From Candidatus Magasanikiibacteriota bacterium (GTDB taxonomy: Bacteria > Patescibacteriota > Patescibacteriia > Magasanikbacterales > 2-02-FULL-50-9b): a stretch of 64,000 nucleotides of DNA. The stretch lies in the NCBI GenBank assembly GCA_943355025.1, contig CALRDW010000003.1, forward strand, positions 7,680 to 71,679, in the 5' to 3' direction. Every line of letters starts with the position of its first letter. The stretch's first letter is position 1. Shown here piece after piece: positions 9,999 to 18,234 of the stretch. A model generated the notes under the pieces. That model did no database searches. It was given only the letters and a program-made list of their open reading frames with translations, and was not told the origin of the DNA. The position numbers and the translations under genes were made by a program.

Positions 9999-10079
9999 AT
10001 ACCCAAAGAAAATAATTCTACTTCTCAGGGAGAGATAAACAGGAACTCCCGTCGAAGTAGAATTATTTTCTTTGGGTAT
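9999..10079 (+). repeat. structured module copy A: 26-bp perfect inverted-repeat arms (9999-10024 and 10054-10079) around core TCAGGGAGAGATAAACAGGAACTCCCGTC
   Basis: left arm ATACCCAAAGAAAATAATTCTACTTC is the exact reverse complement of the right arm; homologous elements at 18037-18209, 62757-62836 and 27879-27959. Confidence 0.8.
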
Positions 10080-10107
10080 ACGTCAACACAAGTGGTATAC
10101 TGCTCAC

Positions 10108-11208
10108 ATGCTTCCGAATCCATTTGAAAAACCGCTGCCGAAATTAGAAGAAACAGATCCTCTTAAGAATGAGGAAATTGTTCGGAGCCTGCTCGGTGAG
10201 AAGGGTGTTGAACGATATCGAAAAATTTTAAATCGCACGAAAGTTTCTTCGGGGCCCGACGCGGTGTCTGTCGAAGAGCTCAAAGCGCTCGCAGCAGAAT
10301 TGAATGCGCAGCGATTGGCGAGTAAAAAAGAAACTACAGAGTGGCAGGTTGAACAAATTATTTCAAAGGATTATGAACGACAAATGGTATCTCTTCGCGC
10401 AATCAAATTTCTTAAAAGAAAAGACGGAATTTTAGGTTTAAAAGCTGTTGACGGAGAATTTTATCCAGCTCCATCAGAAAAAGAGATCGTACGATATTTT
10501 ATTTCAATTCCGAATATTAAAGAAAAGATATATCAAGGATTTACGCGACTACTCATTGTTCCGTTCGGGCGCTCGCTTGCTTTTTTGAACAAAAAAACAT
10601 CGGATTTGATTTTAGAGCACGGGGAGGGTGGCAGGCTTTTGAGTGAATCAGGCGAAAAGCTCTCCTTTGATTTGTCAGGACCGGTATACAATCAGTTCAA
10701 CAATGCTTTGTCCCGATATTATTCAGGGTCATTCGCTGTTCCGGGTACGGGAGGCAAACTTAAAACCGATTTTTTATCGGGACCACAAGATGGCATGCCA
10801 TTTCCAGGCTACAACATTATTTTATTGCAAGAAGATTTACATATTCCGAAGGAAGGCGAAGGCGTGACACGAAATGGAAGAAAACAAATTGAAGCGGGGA
10901 AATCAGCAATTGAGTATTTGGAATTATTACAAACAGATCCGCAGTATGCGGGTGAGCGTGGCCTCGCGCCCGAAGATTGGCTCACGTTATTTGCAACGCA
11001 ACTGTATCAGACAAACACTGTTATACATGAAACATCTGCGGCAATGCCGCCCACAGGAACGGCTGCACTTTTGATTGGCAGCGATTATTCACATAATGGA
11101 GATGTTTCGTTTGCACACTGGACTGACCGATTAGGCATGGCAGCAATTATGTTGATGAAGTCGCATCATTCAGGCGAAGGGGTAGGCCTTATAACCGCTG
11201 TCGGATAA
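10108..11208 (+). CDS. paralog A of an unknown-function protein family (conserved N-terminus MLPNPFEKPLPKLEETDPLKN)
   Basis: ATG lies 6 nt after a TATACT -10 (10096-10101), so leaderless; shares GFTRLLIVPFG, PFPGY..LLQED..IPKEGEG..GRKQ.EAG, EDWLTLFAT and a C-terminal TAVG with the 18235 and 37341 genes. Confidence 0.75.
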   Translation: MLPNPFEKPLPKLEETDPLKNEEIVRSLLGEKGVERYRKILNRTKVSSGPDAVSVEELKALAAELNAQRLASKKETTEWQVEQIISKDYERQMVSLRAIKFLKRKDGILGLKAVDGEFYPAPSEKEIVRYFISIPNIKEKIYQGFTRLLIVPFGRSLAFLNKKTSDLILEHGEGGRLLSESGEKLSFDLSGPVYNQFNNALSRYYSGSFAVPGTGGKLKTDFLSGPQDGMPFPGYNIILLQEDLHIPKEGEGVTRNGRKQIEAGKSAIEYLELLQTDPQYAGERGLAPEDWLTLFATQLYQTNTVIHETSAAMPPTGTAALLIGSDYSHNGDVSFAHWTDRLGMAAIMLMKSHHSGEGVGLITAVG

Positions 11209-11214
11209 TTTTCA

Positions 11215-11270
11215 ATAAAAAAATCCCGACAGAACCCAGAGCAGTGATTAGTCTGATGGTTTCTGTCGGG
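11215..11270 (-). terminator. terminator for the convergent minus-strand MBL gene
   Basis: CCCGACAGAA...TTCTGTCGGG hairpin with U-tract on the minus-strand RNA. Confidence 0.5.
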
Positions 11271-11310
11271 GAATGAGCGAGCTGTCTTGTTGCTGAGCAG
11301 CAGCGGAATA

Positions 11311-12282
11311 TTACAGTGTAACTTCCATGCTTTGGAACGCATAGTCCGTGCGAATTCCCGTCGTCTCATTGATCGTGCGGACGATCTCTGTGACTTCAGG
11401 AAGCCCGAATTTCGGTTCATGATGCGTTGTGATCACGTGCGTGGTTCTCGCTTCCTCGAATTGTCGCGCCGCAGCCTCGGCCCACATGTGGCCCCAACCT
11501 TTGCGGAATGAAATTCCGTTCGGCATGTGGCCATCGTAAAACCGCTTCGTATACTGCACTTCGCCAATCGTCAGCGTTGCGCGATCACAGAGCCGCAGGA
11601 TTTTTTGATCGAATTCCGGTTTCTCCGGCTCGTGCTCATGGTCGAGAACGAGCGCAAGCACTTTGTCATTGCCAAAGTGAAACCGATATCCATACGCACG
11701 GCCTGGGTGGTTCATGATATCGCAATCCACGACAATGTCGCCGTAGCTCGATGGAATCGTGAACCGTTCGCCGGGACGCACCAGCTGGAACGTGCGTTTG
11801 CACGGCAGCTCGCGGTAATTGATCGGGAATGTTGGCTCAACAAGAATCTGTCGCTGCAGCGTCTCATGAACTGTTTCTTCCCATGTCTCAATCGTGCCGT
11901 CGTGGCTCTCCCGCTTGAAGGTGTGTGTTCCGCCGATGAAGTGCATGTGCGTCTTTGGCGAGAACAACGGGTCAAACGATGGAAGACCGAATGTGTGGTC
12001 GCCGTGCATGTGTGTATACAGCACATTGACGCGCACCTCCCGCCCCCGCATCGTGTATTCCTGCATGATCTCGGCGCCAAAGTTTCGTACACCAGAACCA
12101 GTGTCGCAGATCGTGATTGAGTCGCCATATTCGATTACGATGCACGAGGTGTGGTGGCCGATGCGCTGATCATCACCTTGGAATGAGCCGCGAACACCGA
12201 AGAATCGGATGCGGACAGGTTTCGGGTCAATCTCCGAGCTGATGCGGAGCGAAGTTTCAATTGTTGGACGAATGCGTACCAT
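11311..12282 (-). CDS. MBL-fold metallo-hydrolase
   Basis: THMHGDHTFG (HxHxDH) motif; visibly GC-rich gene. Confidence 0.7.
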   Translation of the reverse strand: MVRIRPTIETSLRISSEIDPKPVRIRFFGVRGSFQGDDQRIGHHTSCIVIEYGDSITICDTGSGVRNFGAEIMQEYTMRGREVRVNVLYTHMHGDHTFGLPSFDPLFSPKTHMHFIGGTHTFKRESHDGTIETWEETVHETLQRQILVEPTFPINYRELPCKRTFQLVRPGERFTIPSSYGDIVVDCDIMNHPGRAYGYRFHFGNDKVLALVLDHEHEPEKPEFDQKILRLCDRATLTIGEVQYTKRFYDGHMPNGISFRKGWGHMWAEAAARQFEEARTTHVITTHHEPKFGLPEVTEIVRTINETTGIRTDYAFQSMEVTL

Positions 12283-12410
12283 GGGAGCCTCCCTGCAGTG
12301 CCTTGAGCACTGCTTTGCTTAATTGTTAATGAACAACTGACCACAGCATATCGGTTTGTGCTTTTTGGTACAATGTGTTCTAATAAGCATTAGACAACAC
12401 CATAAAAAAT

Positions 12411-13193
12411 ATGCTTAATTTAGATAAAAAACCACGACAAGTCCTTTTAGATTTAGGTTTATCAGAATCAGAGGTTCAATTGTATGTTTCATTAGTTGAG
12501 CGTGGTGCACTTACGGCACGAGAACTCACGATGCTTACAAAAGCTAAACGCCCAACCGTATATTATGCACTTCGGCAGCTGCAAGATCGAGGATTGGTTA
12601 CAAAAAAAGGATCTCAAAGCACGGAGCGCTTTCAAGCAGAGCCGCCAGAAGCATTGTCAGCCGTGGTTAAAATTCGCCAACAGCGCCTGGCGGCGCTCGC
12701 GAGCGATGTTGAGTCTCTGATTCCAGAGCTCAAAAAAAATGTTGTTGTGCATGAAGGTGCGCCGGGAGTTACATATTATCAGGGGGTTGAAGCAATGAAA
12801 CGGGCCATAATGGATACACTTTATTGTAAAAGTGGAAAGATTGATTCGTTGGCTCCAAGCGATAATTTTTTCTGGCAAGTAGGTCAAGAGTTTTCTGCCG
12901 CGTATATTCATGAGCGTGTTGCGCGGGGCATTTACACACGAAATTTGTGGGAACAGAAGCTCGAACCGAAGATTTTACTCCAATCATATAAGGGCAAGGC
13001 GCAGGTGCGGATTTTGCCCGAACCCATGATTGGAAATTTTCGGACCACAATTTTTCTATATGATCAGGAGGTGATGTATATTTCGAGTTTAGAGAGCGGG
13101 CATGTTCTTGTGGTCAAATCCCGCGAACATCACGAGCTCATGCGGGCGATGTATAACTCGCTCTGGGCGGTATCTCAGATGGTTGAGATATAA
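12411..13193 (+). CDS. TrmB-family transcriptional regulator
   Basis: N-terminal wHTH LLDLGLSESEVQLYVSLVERGALTARELT...PTVYYALRQLQDRGLV. Confidence 0.6.
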   Translation: MLNLDKKPRQVLLDLGLSESEVQLYVSLVERGALTARELTMLTKAKRPTVYYALRQLQDRGLVTKKGSQSTERFQAEPPEALSAVVKIRQQRLAALASDVESLIPELKKNVVVHEGAPGVTYYQGVEAMKRAIMDTLYCKSGKIDSLAPSDNFFWQVGQEFSAAYIHERVARGIYTRNLWEQKLEPKILLQSYKGKAQVRILPEPMIGNFRTTIFLYDQEVMYISSLESGHVLVVKSREHHELMRAMYNSLWAVSQMVEI

Positions 13194-13327
13194 GGTCAAG
13201 TCCACGCTTGACAAATTTAGGTTTTTTACGTATATTACTTAAGCTGTTTAATGCAGGTAGCATTAGGCAATTCTCAACTTGATAGTCCTACACTATCAAA
13301 TTACCGCATGTTCGAGGAGATTTCATA

Positions 13328-13819
13328 ATGGAAAAACCCAATCGGCGTCCTAGTAGCCCATCACGAATTTTCGTGGTGCCTCCAATCATCACGCTGGCTG
13401 CACCACCCCCGCCGCCTGCACCCGATCCGCTTGAACGGATAACTGCTCCACGCGGTTGTCGTCCGCATATCCCGGCGCTGCGCGCCTTGATGGCGTACCA
13501 CAACAGCGGTGAAAAGTATGTCACTGCGGAGGATGTGCAGGATTGGCTTGCGCATCAAGATGACAAAATCATCACGTCTGTTGAGGCGCAAACACGGAGC
13601 CTGCTCGGTCTCCGCGCGGCAGGGTTCGTGACTGTGCCGTCAAAAGCAGAGCTTTCGCACGCTCGCATCGCGGCGTCAGATCGGATGTACTTCCGCGCGA
13701 CTCAGACCTTGTTGACGCTTCTCGAACGTACACGCTATGCTCCTGCCCTGACGCATTCGCGCGGCGGCATGTCGTCCACGCGTGCGTTTGCAGTGAATAC
13801 ATCGGCGGCGGCTCGGTAA
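13328..13819 (+). CDS. hypothetical protein (GC-rich, Pro-rich N-terminus)
   Basis: 163 aa ORF in a markedly GC-rich segment; no known domain. Confidence 0.35.
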   Translation: MEKPNRRPSSPSRIFVVPPIITLAAPPPPPAPDPLERITAPRGCRPHIPALRALMAYHNSGEKYVTAEDVQDWLAHQDDKIITSVEAQTRSLLGLRAAGFVTVPSKAELSHARIAASDRMYFRATQTLLTLLERTRYAPALTHSRGGMSSTRAFAVNTSAAAR

Positions 13820-13867
13820 CCCCGTGTTGGCAGCTTCAGGCCAAGAACAAGCCCGTCGATCCGTAGT

Positions 13868-15319
13868 ATGTGTAAAAACTACTATGGGTCGACGGGCTTC
13901 ATTTTTTTCCCTATACTTGCACCTATGTCCACCACTCGACTCGTTGCTAAAAATACACTGTTCCAAATTCTTGGGAAAGGTGTCTCAACTGTGCTCGGCA
14001 TTGCTGCCGTTGCTTTAGTAACCCGCGCACTTGGCGCAGCGGGATACGGTTATTACACAACCGTAATTACTTTTTTATCATTTTTTGGAATCGTTGCTGA
14101 TTTAGGTTTAACACTTATCACCGCACAGATGATTTCTGAACAGGGTGCGGATGAGCCGCGGATTGTGCGGAGTATCTTTACGTTTCGAGTTGTTACCGCG
14201 CTCGTGCTTTTTAGTGTTGCGCCTCTTGTTGCTCATTTTACAAATTATCCCGATGTGGTTAAGTGGGGGATCGCGCTTACAGCCGCGTCTTTTTTCTTTG
14301 TAAGTTTGCAACAAACATTGGTGGGAATTTTTCAGAAACATTTGGTCATGCATTTTCCAATGATGTCGGAGGTTGTTGGTCGCGCCGCACTTCTCGGTGT
14401 TACGATTTATGCAGTTGCGTTTGGGAAAAATTTGCTGTGGTTTTTAGGCGCGGTTGTTATTGGAAACATCTGTAATTTTTTGCTCGTTATTTTTTTTTCA
14501 CGACGGTTTGTTCATCTTGGATTTGAATGGGACACAAAAATTATTCGTGAGATGCTGCATAGATCTTTACCGATCGCGATTTCAATCGTATTCAATCTCG
14601 TGTATCTCAAGGCCGACACATTAATTTTATCAGCCGTGCGATCGCCCGCTGAAGTCGGATTATATGGCGCAGCATATCGCGTCATAGATATTTTAATAAT
14701 GATTCCCGTCATGATGATGGGTGTTATTTTGCCGATAGCAGCGGCTGCGTGGAGCAGTCGTGATTCGGCACGCATGTCGCGGATCATTCAAAAAACTTTT
14801 GATGTGTTTGTGATTTACGCGCTGCCGTTTTTAGTTGGCGGTTGGTTGCTCGCGCCGCGCATTATGTCGTTGATCGCAGGCGATGATTTTGCTGGTGCAG
14901 GCGCACCACTGCGAATTTTACTTTTAGCATTTGTTGCTGCAACGTCGAGCACTTTATTCGGTCACACAATTGTTGCGCTGCAAAAACAACGGAGTGTTAT
15001 TTGGGTGTATGGTGTTGATGCCGTGCTATCACTCGCCGCATATCTCTTTTTTATTCCGCGTTTCGGCATGACTGGCGCTGCGTGGGCAACGTTCGGCTCG
15101 GAATTGTTTGCTGCGATTATTTTGGCAACAGTTGTTATTCGTACAACGCGTGTTACCATTGCGCTTGATGTGCTGATTCGTGTAGCCCTTGCTTCGGCTG
15201 TAATGGCACTCGCGCTTGAATTGGCAGGCGATCTGTCAGCGATCGTTTCGATTTTAATTGGTGGTGGCATGTACTGTGCAACACTTATGCTTCTTGGTAT
15301 ACACAAAAAAATTCTATGA
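13868..15319 (+). CDS. polysaccharide/oligosaccharide flippase (MOP/Wzx-MurJ superfamily); start possibly at 13925
   Basis: about 12 predicted TM helices; N-terminal LVAKNTLFQILGKGVSTVLGIAAVALVTRALGAAGYGYYTTV typical of Wzx/MurJ-like flippases. Confidence 0.65.
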   Translation: MCKNYYGSTGFIFFPILAPMSTTRLVAKNTLFQILGKGVSTVLGIAAVALVTRALGAAGYGYYTTVITFLSFFGIVADLGLTLITAQMISEQGADEPRIVRSIFTFRVVTALVLFSVAPLVAHFTNYPDVVKWGIALTAASFFFVSLQQTLVGIFQKHLVMHFPMMSEVVGRAALLGVTIYAVAFGKNLLWFLGAVVIGNICNFLLVIFFSRRFVHLGFEWDTKIIREMLHRSLPIAISIVFNLVYLKADTLILSAVRSPAEVGLYGAAYRVIDILIMIPVMMMGVILPIAAAAWSSRDSARMSRIIQKTFDVFVIYALPFLVGGWLLAPRIMSLIAGDDFAGAGAPLRILLLAFVAATSSTLFGHTIVALQKQRSVIWVYGVDAVLSLAAYLFFIPRFGMTGAAWATFGSELFAAIILATVVIRTTRVTIALDVLIRVALASAVMALALELAGDLSAIVSILIGGGMYCATLMLLGIHKKIL

Positions 15320-16548
15320 ATATTATGTGGCGCGCGATTCTCGCTGCAATTGTTTTAACACCGACATATCTAATTCGTTTTCGTATTTTTGGTTTTCCAA
15401 CCACGGTTTTTGAAATTATAATTCTTGCGCTTGCTGCTGCAACGTGTGTTCATGCGAGTTACTATCCGTCTGTGCGACGTGCGTACAAAGAGAAGTTTTT
15501 ATCTTTGTCGCCCGTGTTTGTTGGCGCATGTGGAGCATTCATTATCGCAGGGTGTATTTCAGTTTTTGTTGCGCCGGACATTCGTGCCGCACTCGGCATT
15601 TGGCGCGCATATATTATTGAAGCGATTTTGTTTGGCATTATTGTGTGGCTTAATTTAGAACGCGAAGAGCAGTTGCGAGAAATTGCAATTGCTCTTTCCA
15701 TCACGACATTTATTGTTGCTGCATATGCAGTTGTTCAAAAGTTTACGGGTTGGGGAATTCCGAATCCATTTTGGCGCGCAGCTGCTACGCGTAGAGTCAC
15801 GTCTTTTTTTGGATATCCAAACGCGGTTGGTTTGTATGTTGAACTTACAATTCCGTTTTTAATTGCACTCGCGGTGATAACAAAAAAACGTGCGCTGCGT
15901 TTGTGGTGTTTGTGTGTTGCGCTGCTTGCTGCAGCGGCATTTATTTTTGCTGAATCATCCGGAGCGCTTGCGGCGCTGTGCGTTGCAGCGGGAGTCCTTG
16001 GTATTCTTGCGCGTCGAACACGGTGGTGGACAATTGCGTTCGCAATTATTTTTGCGGCTGTAATTGTAGTGTCACCATATCGTCAAAAGTTCGCGGACGA
16101 ATTTTTGCTTCAAGGATTTTCTGGACGACTCCGCACACAGATGTGGAAGGAAACTGTCGTCATGCTTAAGGAGCGGCCGCTCCAGGGCGCAGGGTTTGCG
16201 GGGTATCAAGCGCGCGTTAAACCGTATCATGTTTTTAAGTGGGCGGAAATTTATTTGTATCCGCACAATCTCGCACTCACACTCTGGAGCGAACTCGGAG
16301 TGCTCGGTGTAATTTCATTTACAATGATTTTTATTTTACTTGTGCGTTGGTTAACGGAAGCCTATTGTTCCAAGCGTTCAGCCACGTATCACATCTGGGC
16401 ATCTGCGCTCATTGCAGAGCTCATAATTATTAGTGTGCACGGTCTTGTTGATATTCCATATTTTAAAAATGACCTGAGTGCTTTGTTTTGGCTTTTGGTT
16501 GCAATAGTGCTGTGGCTTCGGTATAGTAGAAGTTCTCTTGAGAACTAA
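15316..16548 (+). CDS. O-antigen ligase-like membrane protein
   Basis: polytopic membrane protein immediately downstream of the flippase (4-nt overlap), Wzy_C-like topology. Confidence 0.5.
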   Translation: MNIMWRAILAAIVLTPTYLIRFRIFGFPTTVFEIIILALAAATCVHASYYPSVRRAYKEKFLSLSPVFVGACGAFIIAGCISVFVAPDIRAALGIWRAYIIEAILFGIIVWLNLEREEQLREIAIALSITTFIVAAYAVVQKFTGWGIPNPFWRAAATRRVTSFFGYPNAVGLYVELTIPFLIALAVITKKRALRLWCLCVALLAAAAFIFAESSGALAALCVAAGVLGILARRTRWWTIAFAIIFAAVIVVSPYRQKFADEFLLQGFSGRLRTQMWKETVVMLKERPLQGAGFAGYQARVKPYHVFKWAEIYLYPHNLALTLWSELGVLGVISFTMIFILLVRWLTEAYCSKRSATYHIWASALIAELIIISVHGLVDIPYFKNDLSALFWLLVAIVLWLRYSRSSLEN

Positions 16549-18013
16549 AAACATGCTGATTCGTAAAATTTTTGTTTCACTGGCCATGATCGGATTGCTT
16601 TTTGGCAACCCTCTTTTTTCATTTGCAGCAACAACTAAAAAAACGACGCAGACAGCAGTAAAGAAATCTGCGATAAAAAAAACCACAACAAAAAAACCAC
16701 AGCAAAAAATAGTTCCGAAGCAAAAAGAAAAAATAAATCCACGCCGTGCAAATCTTCTTATTTTGAGTGAACATGATGTGCATATTTCTCCGGGCGAAGG
16801 TGTTTCTGTGCGTGTTGGTTTTAAAAATAGTGGTTCGACAGCATGGGGTGTGCGGGAACTTCGCGCCGCTACGGGCAGCGATACAACAATTTTTTCTGAT
16901 GTGAGTTGGCCATCGACAACAACACTTGCGCGTGACGATGGGAGCCCACTTGCAGCAGGACGTCTCGAATTTTACGATTTTATCGTTCGCGCTCCAGACC
17001 AACCTGGAGCATACTTACTTCGCGCTTCGCTATATGCAGATGGGCTTGTTGTGAATGGTGGAGATATTTCTTTACCAATTACGGTTGAAATTCAGGAAAG
17101 CGTAGTACCAACAAGCACGGCGGAGATTGTGCAGCTTCCTCATGAACCAAACATTCGTGTTGCGCTCGGAAAAATCGAGGGTGGAATTTTAGTGCGCACC
17201 GTTGGAGAATATGATTTAAAAACGCTTGATGGAACTGAAATTTTATCTGTGCCTGATGGCGCGAAATTATTGTGGGAGTTTGACCGCGTTTCAAAAGGAT
17301 TCATGGTTACGTATCAAGGAACCCCGTATACGACCGCGACGGCATTCAGATTACAACCGCGGACGCTCGACGGGCGCGTTATTATTCACGATCGCGAAGA
17401 CAGACCGTCGTGGAATGGTTCAATAAATTATAATGATTATCGTGGAGCACTCGAGGTGCAGTGGAGCGATAAAATTCCAGGACTATGGCTCATTAATGAA
17501 TTACCCATGGAGTCGTATGTGCGCGGCTTGATTGAGACAGGAAATTCGGATCCGATTGAATTACAGAAAGCGATTTATACAGCCGCGCGCTCTTACGCAT
17601 ATGTGCAGCTGCCCGATGGCGTGCATTATATTTCGCGTATGTGGGACGTTCATGCGGTGTGGGATCAATATTACAAAGGATACGCTGCGGAAAAAAGTAA
17701 TCCGCACGGCATGCAAGCGATTGAAGAAACGCGCGGGCAGGTTGTTGAGTATCAGGGGAAGCCGGTTGTCACGCCATATTTTACTCAATCAAATGGTACA
17801 ACGAAAACATGGAAAGAGGCGTGGGGTGGAACTAATAAGCCATGGCTTATTCCTGTTGACGCGAAATATGATCATGGTCGGAAGATGTGGGGGCATGGTG
17901 TTGGTATGAGTAATCATGACGCAAAGCAGCGTGCGAAACTCGATGGGTGGAGCTTTGAGCAAATTTTGAAACATTATTATACGGGAGTTGAGCTTGCGCG
18001 TGTTTACGAATAG
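16538..18013 (+). CDS. SpoIID/LytB domain protein
   Basis: C-terminal GHGVGMSNHDAKQRAKLDGWSFEQILKHYYTGVEL matches the SpoIID/LytB signature; N-terminal signal/TM and Lys/Thr-rich low-complexity region. Confidence 0.7.
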   Translation: MRTKNMLIRKIFVSLAMIGLLFGNPLFSFAATTKKTTQTAVKKSAIKKTTTKKPQQKIVPKQKEKINPRRANLLILSEHDVHISPGEGVSVRVGFKNSGSTAWGVRELRAATGSDTTIFSDVSWPSTTTLARDDGSPLAAGRLEFYDFIVRAPDQPGAYLLRASLYADGLVVNGGDISLPITVEIQESVVPTSTAEIVQLPHEPNIRVALGKIEGGILVRTVGEYDLKTLDGTEILSVPDGAKLLWEFDRVSKGFMVTYQGTPYTTATAFRLQPRTLDGRVIIHDREDRPSWNGSINYNDYRGALEVQWSDKIPGLWLINELPMESYVRGLIETGNSDPIELQKAIYTAARSYAYVQLPDGVHYISRMWDVHAVWDQYYKGYAAEKSNPHGMQAIEETRGQVVEYQGKPVVTPYFTQSNGTTKTWKEAWGGTNKPWLIPVDAKYDHGRKMWGHGVGMSNHDAKQRAKLDGWSFEQILKHYYTGVELARVYE

Positions 18014-18036
18014 CACAAAACAGTTGATTCAACTTA

Positions 18037-18209
18037 CGCTCAAAAAGAATAAATGATACTTCTCAGGGAGAGATAAACAATACATCTTTCTCCGTCACAT
18101 CAGCATTTCAAAAATCTTCCGCTCAGGCTAAAATAAAAAATAGATGTCTCTCCGGGGGAGATAAACAGGAACTCCCGTCGAAGTAATAGTTTTTACTTTT
18201 GGGTATACG
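18037..18209 (+). repeat. structured module copy B (degenerate outer arms; core partially duplicated)
   Basis: TCAGGGAGAGATAAACA occurs at 18063 and again as GGGGGAGATAAACAGGAACTCCCGTC at 18153-18179; right arm GAAGTAATAGTTTTTACTTTTGGGTATACG. Confidence 0.7.
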
Positions 18210-18234
18210 TTCATTCAGGTGTTATACTACTCCC

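Noticed and set aside
9999-10079. Interpretation of the repeated hairpin module as integron attC sites or CRISPR repeats
   Set aside because: The flanks do not match the attC inverse-core/core (RYYYAAC...GTTRRRY) pattern. The element lies upstream of promoter-bearing genes rather than after promoterless cassettes, no intI is present, and the copies are not in a spaced array.
16671-16700. A8/A7 homopolymer tracts inside the SpoIID/LytB coding region as phase-variation switches
   Set aside because: The tracts are short and arise from Lys codons in a low-complexity linker, and there is no evidence of frameshift-prone length.
16619-17002. 127-aa minus-strand ORF rich in Cys and Phe
   Set aside because: It is antisense to the Lys/Thr-rich low-complexity region of the SpoIID/LytB gene and is a product of A/T-rich repeat sequence.
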